Positions 40,572-48,183 of a DNA stretch of 64,000 nt are shown here, piece after piece. How positions within the stretch are numbered: position 1 is the stretch's first letter; each line of letters begins with the position of its first letter. The DNA comes from Methanothrix sp. (GTDB lineage: Archaea > Halobacteriota > Methanosarcinia > Methanotrichales > Methanotrichaceae): NCBI GenBank assembly GCA_963682135.1, contig OY821645.1, forward strand, positions 2,656,001 through 2,720,000. Reading direction: 5' to 3'. A program made the translations under genes and the position numbers. The notes under the pieces are model-generated. The model did not search any database and was not told the origin of the DNA. It saw only the letters and a program-made list of their open reading frames with translations.

Positions 40572-41858
40572 TTATCCGGCCTTGCCATGGCACTTTTTGT
40601 ACTTCAGTCCGCTGCCGCATGGACAGGGATCGTTTCTGTCCGGTTTGGCGACCATATGCGATATCTGACCATTTTTCATATAGTTCATAATATTAGCAGG
40701 CGCCCGGCCCTGGCGAAGTTCATAGGCCATAAACCGCATAGCTCCGTCGATGTGTCTGAAGAAAATCCTGTAGCCCGCACACAGATAATTGAGACCGGTT
40801 TCACCTTCAGGCGTTTTGATGAACCGGTTCTTCGGGCATTCACCGTTGCAGACGAAGCAAACCTCGCATTGCCGGCAGTATGCTGGAAGGGTATCGAACT
40901 TGTCCCGGCCAAACTTGCGCTGCTTTTGCGAGCCGGCCAGCCGGGCCATATCCTTCTCGTTGATATTGCCCAGCAGGTGCCTGGGCTCCACAAAGTGATC
41001 GCATGAGTACATATCGCCATTGTGCTCCATGGCCATGGCGGTTCCGCAGGTCGGCGAGAAAGCGCAGATGCCAGTGGGTACGCCGGACCAGGCAGCCAGA
41101 GCCACATCGAAGATCTGCACAAAGGTCTTGCCCACGTCTCTACGCACCCATTCGTCGAATATGGTGATCAAGAAACGGCCATACTGCTCGGCCTTGACTG
41201 AACGATCTGTGACGGTGTCGCCCTCTTGAAAGCCGGTATCATTATCTCTCTCCACTATGGGTATGAACTGGATGAAACTGGTCTTGACCTCATCTCTGAG
41301 AAAACGGTAAACCTCCAAGGGATAATCGGCATTGGCGGCATGAACCGTGGTCAGGATATTGTATTCTACCTTGTGCTTTCGTAGTAGCCGGGCAGCTTTC
41401 ATCACCCGATCAAAGGTCGGTTTGCCGGCTTTATCCACCCGGTAGGCGTCATGAAGATCTCTCGGCCCGTCCAGGCTCAGGCCGATGAGGAAGTTGTTCT
41501 CATGGAAGAATTCGCACCATTCGTCATCAAGAAGGATGCCGTTGGTCTGCATGGTGTTCTGGATCAGCATTTTGGGGCGCCTGTACTTCTGCTCATATTG
41601 GATTGATCTCCGGAAAAAGTCCAGCCCCATGAGCGTCGGCTCGCCACCCTGCCAGGCAATGGTCGCCTGCGCAATCTTCTGGGCTTCAAGGTATTGGCGG
41701 ATGTAGGTCTCCAGAAGCTCATCCGACATTCTGAAACTGCTGCCCGGATAGAGATTTTTCTTGGATAGAAAGAAGCAGTACTTGCAGCCCAAATTGCACA
41801 GTGCGCCTGTGGGCTTGGCCAGAAGATGAAAAGCGGGAAGTGAGTGCGCCTTGCTCAT
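40572..41858 (-). CDS. Anaerobic sulfatase maturase (radical SAM/SPASM) with C-terminal SEC-C motif
   Basis: CNLGCKYC, WQGGEP, SPASM cysteines, RNDPCPCGSGLKYKKCH. Confidence 0.92.
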   Translation of the reverse strand: MSKAHSLPAFHLLAKPTGALCNLGCKYCFFLSKKNLYPGSSFRMSDELLETYIRQYLEAQKIAQATIAWQGGEPTLMGLDFFRRSIQYEQKYRRPKMLIQNTMQTNGILLDDEWCEFFHENNFLIGLSLDGPRDLHDAYRVDKAGKPTFDRVMKAARLLRKHKVEYNILTTVHAANADYPLEVYRFLRDEVKTSFIQFIPIVERDNDTGFQEGDTVTDRSVKAEQYGRFLITIFDEWVRRDVGKTFVQIFDVALAAWSGVPTGICAFSPTCGTAMAMEHNGDMYSCDHFVEPRHLLGNINEKDMARLAGSQKQRKFGRDKFDTLPAYCRQCEVCFVCNGECPKNRFIKTPEGETGLNYLCAGYRIFFRHIDGAMRFMAYELRQGRAPANIMNYMKNGQISHMVAKPDRNDPCPCGSGLKYKKCHGKAG

Positions 41859-42002
41859 TGATGGCTATTATCCATTAGTTGTTCTTTAATCTTTTTATCT
41901 TGCCGGCCCCTATCCAGGCTTGGATATGAATCGATAGGAATCATCTCTTGTGAAAATTAATCTGCTGCAAAAAAATAAAAATAGAAGACGTTGTCGTTTA
42001 AA

Positions 42003-43604
42003 TCAACTCGCACCTCCCACAATCGGATATGCCCTCGATGGAGTATTGGGATATTTTCTCATGCTGGCCACAAGTTCCCGATAGATCTTCTGGTATGCAG
42101 TTACTACGAAATCGTGCTCTCCTGCAATGTTATGCTCCTCTCCGGGATCTATTTCAATGTTGTAGACCGCCGGAATCTGGCCGTAATCGCTCATCGGTCC
42201 CTGGAATGAGTCGTAGGCAATGCGGTGAATCTTGAACTGATGCCAGCGTACTGCGGCGGGTTCCGTCTCAGGCGCACTATCAGTTCCCATGTACCACACA
42301 GCCCATTCCCGGTCGGAATTATTCTGTCTTCCCAGCAGGAAATTTGATTGATCTATGCCGTCAATTGGCCTATCCGTGGGGATCTTGCCGCCGCCAAGCG
42401 CCGTGAAGGTGCTGAAGAGGTCCATGAGACAGACAATCTCGTTGGATGTCCTTTCTGCCTGGATTTGGCCAGGCCACCGGAATATGCAGGGAATGCGCAC
42501 GCCGCCTTCATAGGCCGTGCCTATCCCTCCCCGGAATGGCGAGTAGCCGCAGTCCGGATACTGATCGAGTGTCGGTCCGTTATCGCTTGTGAAAACAACG
42601 ACTGTGTTATTGTCCTTTCCTGCATCACCGAGCGCATCGAGAACCTGGCCGATGTGATAATCGGTCTCCATTACCGCATCGCCATACGGACCCTTGCTGG
42701 ACTTTCCGGCAAACTTCGGATTGGGAACGCTGGGGAAATGCGTCCTGACCAGAGGGAGGTATATGAAGAAAGGCTTTGTGGAGTTGGTCTGGTTATTGAT
42801 ATATGCAACCGCTTTGTTCACGCATTGCTCATCAACAAATGCCAGAGAGGTCATGTTGAGTGGCTCTACCAGTTTGAGGTCTCCGCCTTTCTTGGCTTCC
42901 ACCAGTCCATAGAATGGATCCGGAGATTCCCAACTGGGATCGTAGCCGATGCGCTCCCTGAGACTATAGGTGTTTAAGTGATAAAGTATCCCAAAGAATT
43001 CATCGAATCCCAAATTTTGAGGCATGCTCTCATTGACATCTCCCAAATGCGACTTGCCAAACATGGCCGTCTTATAGCCGGCATCGGAGAGCACTTTCGC
43101 AAGCGTAATCTCCTCTGGAGAGATGCCTGCCTTGGAGCCTGCCGCCGAGGCCAGGGTCATACCCGATCTGATGGGAAGCCTTCCCGTCAGCATGGCAGCT
43201 CTCGTTGGTGTACATTGCGTCTCCGAGTAACAGGAGGTCAGCCTCAGGCCTTCCCTGGCCATCTGGTCCATCCTGGGAGTGGGCGCACCCAGTACCTCGC
43301 CACCACCATAGCAGCCCGGGTCCATGTATCCCATATTATCGGCCAATATGATTATGATATTTGGCCGTGGCGCAGGCATGATGTCCTCATGGAGAACCTG
43401 GGCCAGGCTCGAATTATTGGATAAAGCATTTTTTCGGTTCGTTAAGACTTCTGCACCTGGATTCTCGGGCGTTGTCTTGTCGGCACCATATCCTTTCAGA
43501 TCAAACGGTATGGGTGACAGACCGGTGTTGCCTGAATCGAGGCTGCAACTGGCAATTGAAATTAGAAAAAATCCGGCAATTGCCAATATAAAACCTTTTT
43601 TCAT
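42003..43604 (-). CDS. Secreted arylsulfatase (AslA-like)
   Basis: PNIIIILADN, CTPTRAAMLTGR, GKSHLG, SDNG; signal peptide. Confidence 0.92.
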   Translation of the reverse strand: MKKGFILAIAGFFLISIASCSLDSGNTGLSPIPFDLKGYGADKTTPENPGAEVLTNRKNALSNNSSLAQVLHEDIMPAPRPNIIIILADNMGYMDPGCYGGGEVLGAPTPRMDQMAREGLRLTSCYSETQCTPTRAAMLTGRLPIRSGMTLASAAGSKAGISPEEITLAKVLSDAGYKTAMFGKSHLGDVNESMPQNLGFDEFFGILYHLNTYSLRERIGYDPSWESPDPFYGLVEAKKGGDLKLVEPLNMTSLAFVDEQCVNKAVAYINNQTNSTKPFFIYLPLVRTHFPSVPNPKFAGKSSKGPYGDAVMETDYHIGQVLDALGDAGKDNNTVVVFTSDNGPTLDQYPDCGYSPFRGGIGTAYEGGVRIPCIFRWPGQIQAERTSNEIVCLMDLFSTFTALGGGKIPTDRPIDGIDQSNFLLGRQNNSDREWAVWYMGTDSAPETEPAAVRWHQFKIHRIAYDSFQGPMSDYGQIPAVYNIEIDPGEEHNIAGEHDFVVTAYQKIYRELVASMRKYPNTPSRAYPIVGGAS

Positions 43605-43944
43605 GATTGAATCCTCCAGAATATGGTAGACATGTTGTATATATTACGATTACTCTAATCTAAAAAGGGATCTAATCCTGTAAGATGACTTGCCTTTGAT
43701 TTTAAAACAATCTAATTCGAATAATTTAGCCGTAAATCTAACTTAAAAGACTATTAAGGATTAACCAGTTAGTTAGAAAATATGTAATCATAATTTGGTT
43801 AAGATAGATTTATATCTTTAGAATATGACAACATTTAGATGTCTAAAAGGCATTTGAATATCCATTATAATTTGAAATAAGAAAATAGTGATTAATATGG
43901 ATACAAATGTCTTTAAAGTTGCAAATATTGTAAGGCGATTTAAA
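43605..43944. promoter_or_regulatory. AT-rich divergent promoter region (sulfatase / acs)
   Basis: Intergenic and very AT-rich, with several TATA-like boxes (TTTATAT, TTATAA); exact sites not resolved. Confidence 0.5.
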
Positions 43945-45921
43945 ATGGATGATGTAAAATCGGAAAAATCGGTTCAGACCGCAAATCAAGGTCTGTATTA
44001 TCCACCCCGAGATCTTGTCGAGAACTCCAATGTCGTGGCCTGGATGAAGAAAAAGGGCCTGAAGTCGGAGAGCGAGCTACGGGCATGGTGCTCTGCCAAT
44101 TACGTATCGTTCTGGGACGAAATGGCCCAAACCTATGCAGACTGGTTCGTGCCCTACAAGCAGACATTGCAGTGGAAAGCCCCCTTTGCCAAGTGGTTTA
44201 TGGGTGGCAAGATCAATGTAGCTTATAATGCCGTAGACAGGCATGCCAAATCCTGGCGGCGCAACAAGCTGGCTTATATCTTTGTGGGAGAGCCCGTGGG
44301 CGATGTTCGCAAGATCACCTATTATGAGCTGTCTAGCCAGGTCAACAGATTCGCCAACGCACTCAAGGCCCAGGGAATCAAGAAGGGCGACCGCGTAGGA
44401 ATTTATCTGCCCATGGTCCCTGAGCTGCCTGTGGCCATGCTCGCCTGTGCGAAGCTGGGAGCCATTCATGTAGTAGTATTCTCCGGCTTTTCCGCGGTAG
44501 CCGTTCGTGACCGGCTGGAGGATTGCCAGCCCAGGATTCTGGTCACCTGCGACGGCTCCTACCGCCGGGGCAAGCCCATTGCTACCAAGCCCCAGGCAGA
44601 TGAGGCCATAGCCGGCTTAAAGTGCATCGAGAAGGTAGTAGTTGTAAAGAGAAACGGCCAGGAAACGCCGATGACAGAAGGGCGCGATGTCTGGTGGAAC
44701 GATTTTGTGGCAGGCCAGTCCGGCTCCTGTGAGACCTTGCCCATGGACGCCGCCGATCCTCTCTTCATCCTTTACACCGCCGGAGCAGGCGGAAAGCCGC
44801 GCGGCATTGTGCACACCCACGCCGGTATGAGCATCGGCCCGGCGTTTACCACCTCCTGGGTCTTCGATATCAAGGATACGGATGTCTACTGGTCAACCGC
44901 TGATATCGGATGGATCACAGGCCACAGCTACATCGCCTACGGGCCACTCTGCCTGGGTGCGACGAGCATCATGTACGAAGGATCGCCCGACTATCCCGAC
45001 TTCGGCCGGTGGTTTAAGATCATCGAAGACTACGGAGTCTCTGTGATTTACACCGCACCTACTGCTATCAGGATGTTCATGAACGAGGGAGCCTCCTGGC
45101 CTCAGAAGTACGACCTTTCCACCGTTCGGCTCATGGGCTCGGTAGGCGAGGCTATGAATCCCGATGCATTTGTCTGGTGGAGGCAGCACGTTGGCGGCGG
45201 GTTTGCGCCTATCATGGACACCTGGTTCCAGAGCGAGACTGGCTCACAGGTCATCGCTCCTCTGCCCATAACCCCGCTCAAGCCCGGATCACCCAGCTTT
45301 GCTCTGCCCGGCTACAACGTCGAGGTAGTGGATGATAATGGTTTAGCCGTGCCTGCGGGCAGTACGGGCAACATACTCATAACAGCGCCCTGGCCTTCCA
45401 TGCTCCGAGAGGTCTACCAGGACCCGGCCGGGTATAACGAGACCTACTGGGCTGCTTTTCCCGGCAAGTATTTCTCGGGAGACAAAGCTCGTGTGGATGA
45501 GGATGGATACGTCTGGGCTCTGGGAAGAGGGGACGATGTCCTCAAGGTGGCAGGCCACAGGATATCCAATGCCGAGGTCGAGGCATCGGCAGAGAAGCAC
45601 CCATCAGTTGCTGCTGCCGCAGTCGTGGGCAAGCCTGACAAGGTAAAGGGCGAGAGCATTGTGGTCTTCGCCGTCTTGAAGCCTGAGGCCAAGCCGGATG
45701 CCGCTTTGGAGAAAGATATCAAGAACTTTGTGCGAAAGACCCTGGGTCCCATCGCCATTCCCTCTGATGTCATATTCGTATCCGAGATCCCCAGAAATAA
45801 GGCAGGAAAGCCGGTCAGGCCGCTGATCAAGGCCAAAGCCTTGGGTGAAGCTCTGGGAGACACATCGGCAGTTGTCAATCCCAAGGCGCTTGAAGCAATC
45901 CCGCTCGTGCTCAAGAAATAG
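43945..45921 (+). CDS. acs: AMP-forming acetyl-CoA synthetase paralog with divergent motifs
   Basis: VVFSGFS, ADIGWITGHSY, YTAPTAIR, GSVGE, R.DDVLKVAGHRI. Confidence 0.88.
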   Translation: MDDVKSEKSVQTANQGLYYPPRDLVENSNVVAWMKKKGLKSESELRAWCSANYVSFWDEMAQTYADWFVPYKQTLQWKAPFAKWFMGGKINVAYNAVDRHAKSWRRNKLAYIFVGEPVGDVRKITYYELSSQVNRFANALKAQGIKKGDRVGIYLPMVPELPVAMLACAKLGAIHVVVFSGFSAVAVRDRLEDCQPRILVTCDGSYRRGKPIATKPQADEAIAGLKCIEKVVVVKRNGQETPMTEGRDVWWNDFVAGQSGSCETLPMDAADPLFILYTAGAGGKPRGIVHTHAGMSIGPAFTTSWVFDIKDTDVYWSTADIGWITGHSYIAYGPLCLGATSIMYEGSPDYPDFGRWFKIIEDYGVSVIYTAPTAIRMFMNEGASWPQKYDLSTVRLMGSVGEAMNPDAFVWWRQHVGGGFAPIMDTWFQSETGSQVIAPLPITPLKPGSPSFALPGYNVEVVDDNGLAVPAGSTGNILITAPWPSMLREVYQDPAGYNETYWAAFPGKYFSGDKARVDEDGYVWALGRGDDVLKVAGHRISNAEVEASAEKHPSVAAAAVVGKPDKVKGESIVVFAVLKPEAKPDAALEKDIKNFVRKTLGPIAIPSDVIFVSEIPRNKAGKPVRPLIKAKALGEALGDTSAVVNPKALEAIPLVLKK

Positions 45922-45940
45922 AGCGGAATCTCCATTTTTT

Positions 45941-46360
45941 TTATTTTGTATCGTCAAACCCTATCTTGATGTGAGTTCCATCACAAAAGGGCTTTTTCCC
46001 TGAGCCGCCACATCTGCATAGGGCATACGTTCCCTGCTCAGCTAATACAGTGCCCTCATTATTCCTCAAAGGGCATCCTCCTTCCACCAGCAAGGGGCCG
46101 TTTTTCAACACTTTAATATTTGCATCTGGCATATTATCACTCTCTTCTGTTGCTGACCGCACCTTCTTGTATGTCAATGCACCGGATGGACATCGATCCA
46201 CCACCGCCATGATCTCCTCTGAGCTTGCCCCTTGCATGTTAATCCAGGGCGTTTTATCCCGGTTAAACACCTGAGGCAGACCCTTTACGCACTCTCTGGC
46301 ATGGATGCACTTTTCCGGGTTCCACAGGACTACGATATCCTTATTGGAATACTCTTTCAT
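45941..46360 (-). CDS. Divergent 4Fe-4S (Fer4_19) plus CDGSH iron-sulfur protein
   Basis: CIHAREC, CPSGAL, LCRCGGS..KPFCDGTH. Confidence 0.88.
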   Translation of the reverse strand: MKEYSNKDIVVLWNPEKCIHARECVKGLPQVFNRDKTPWINMQGASSEEIMAVVDRCPSGALTYKKVRSATEESDNMPDANIKVLKNGPLLVEGGCPLRNNEGTVLAEQGTYALCRCGGSGKKPFCDGTHIKIGFDDTK

Positions 46361-46487
46361 TACGACGGAGAGTGCTTTCTTTCTACTAAATTCTTTCCTC
46401 TCCTCGCATAAACAATTTATAATTTGAGCGGTTAATATGAAATAGACTAGACATCAAGATTTGACATCAAGAATAGGGGTTAGGATT

Positions 46488-46925
46488 ATGGGATTTATTA
46501 GCGAGTTTAGGGATTTCGCCATGAAGGGCAACGTCCTGGACATGGCGGTAGGCATCATAATCGGCGCAGCCTTTGGCGGGATTATCAGTTCGCTGGTAAA
46601 AGATGTCATCATGCCTCCCATTGGCATGATCATGGGGGGCATAAACTTTGCCGATATGTTTGTAGCATTGGACGGAAAGACTTATGCCACCCTGGCAGCA
46701 GCCCAGGCAGCAGCCGCGCCCACCATCAATTATGGTCTGTTCATAAATGCCATCATCAACTTCATCATAGTGGCCCTGGCCATATTCGTGCTCATCAGCC
46801 GGGTAAATGCTGCCAGAAAAAAGCCGGCTCCACCTGAACCCAACAGCAAGGAATGTCCGTTCTGCAGGGAGATGATTCCCAAAGCGGCGGTAAAATGCTC
46901 ACATTGCACATCAGATTTGAAATAG
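46488..46925 (+). CDS. mscL: Large-conductance mechanosensitive channel with C-terminal Zn ribbon
   Basis: EFRDFAMKGNVLDMAVGIIIGAAF, YGLFINAIINF; CPFC/CSHC. Confidence 0.93.
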   Translation: MGFISEFRDFAMKGNVLDMAVGIIIGAAFGGIISSLVKDVIMPPIGMIMGGINFADMFVALDGKTYATLAAAQAAAAPTINYGLFINAIINFIIVALAIFVLISRVNAARKKPAPPEPNSKECPFCREMIPKAAVKCSHCTSDLK

Positions 46926-46945
46926 ATTGAAGTCAATGGATTGAG

Positions 46946-47347
46946 GTGAACGATATGAAGAGAATAGCAAGCGTATTTCTGGCATCTCTCGCAGCGGTAT
47001 TATTTGCACTGGCCATAGCTTCGGCGGGCAGCGTCTGCGACAATGCCCCCTGCGAAAAAGCTGTCAACGTCTCAGCTGGAGAGAATTTTACCATAGATCT
47101 AAAGTCCAATGCCGGTTCAACGGGATATGAATGGTGGACGCAGTTTGATACCGAGTACCTCAGCCTTGTGTCATCATCCGAGCAGTCCGGAGATGCAAAG
47201 CCGGGATGGGTTGGTGTGCCCGGTAAGAAGGTCTTTGTATTCAATGCTAAAAAATCCGGCAGCACTGATGTTATTATGCTCTTGATCCAGCCCTGGGAGA
47301 ACAGCACCGTTGCACAGAGATTGATATATCCTGTGAACATTTCCTAG
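46946..47347 (+). CDS. Secreted chagasin/I42 protease-inhibitor family protein
   Basis: L.SN..STGYEW, VGVPG, QPWE; signal peptide. Confidence 0.85.
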   Translation: MNDMKRIASVFLASLAAVLFALAIASAGSVCDNAPCEKAVNVSAGENFTIDLKSNAGSTGYEWWTQFDTEYLSLVSSSEQSGDAKPGWVGVPGKKVFVFNAKKSGSTDVIMLLIQPWENSTVAQRLIYPVNIS

Positions 47348-47351
47348 ATGC

Positions 47352-48128
47352 ATGAGACTATTATCCTGGAATGTGAACGGTCTGAGGGCCATTCTAAAAA
47401 AAGGATTCTTAGATTGGCTTAGAAAAGATATGCCGGATGTGCTCTGCCTGCAAGAGACTAAGGTGGCAGTCGATCAGGTTCCAGCCGAGCTGAAAAGCAT
47501 GCCTGGCTACTTTTCTTATTTCGGCTCCGGGGAGAGAAAAGGGCGGGACGGTGTTGCTCTTTTCTCTAAAACAGAGCCGCACAGCGTAGAGTACACACTG
47601 GGAATTGAGGGATTTGAGGACGAGCATAGAGCCATCGTTGCCGATTATGGTCAATTCTTGCTCTTTAATGTCTACTTTCCCAATGGCAAAGCCTCCCCGG
47701 AGCGGCTGGAATACAAGCTGAAGTTCTATGATGTTTTCTTAGAGCACATCTCCCGGCTCAAGGCCGAGGGCAGGAGGATTGTGGTCTGCGGGGACGTTAA
47801 TACTGCTCACAAAGAGATCGATCTGGCCCGGCCAAAAGCCAATGAAAAGATCTCAGGATTCTTGCCGGTGGAGAGGGCCTGGATAGACCGGCTGGTGGAA
47901 AGAGGCTTTTTGGACACATTTCGCGGCCTTCATGAAGAGGGCGAGAACTACTCCTGGTGGGATCTGAAGACACGGGCCCGTGAGAGAAACGTGGGCTGGA
48001 GGATCGACTACTTCTTTGTGAGCGAAGAATTGCGGGACTGTGTCTCGTCGGCATTTATCCTCGCCGAGGTATCAGGCGCAGATCACTGTCCGGTGGGAAT
48101 TGAGCTGGAGATCGAATCAGTTCAATGA
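47352..48128 (+). CDS. xth: Exodeoxyribonuclease III / AP endonuclease
   Basis: SWNVNGLRA, LQETK, GDVN, GWRIDY, DHCP. Confidence 0.95.
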   Translation: MRLLSWNVNGLRAILKKGFLDWLRKDMPDVLCLQETKVAVDQVPAELKSMPGYFSYFGSGERKGRDGVALFSKTEPHSVEYTLGIEGFEDEHRAIVADYGQFLLFNVYFPNGKASPERLEYKLKFYDVFLEHISRLKAEGRRIVVCGDVNTAHKEIDLARPKANEKISGFLPVERAWIDRLVERGFLDTFRGLHEEGENYSWWDLKTRARERNVGWRIDYFFVSEELRDCVSSAFILAEVSGADHCPVGIELEIESVQ

Positions 48129-48183
48129 GACAATTGTTTCGTAGGAAAAAGGTTTTATCAGTAATCGAGTAAGGATTCTTAAT

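Noticed and set aside
46399-46412. TCTCCTCGCATAAA resembles the tRNA-Leu 3' end (TCTCCCGCATAAA), suggesting an attR of an island
   Set aside because: Short match with an indel; no integrase present, and the interval contains acs.
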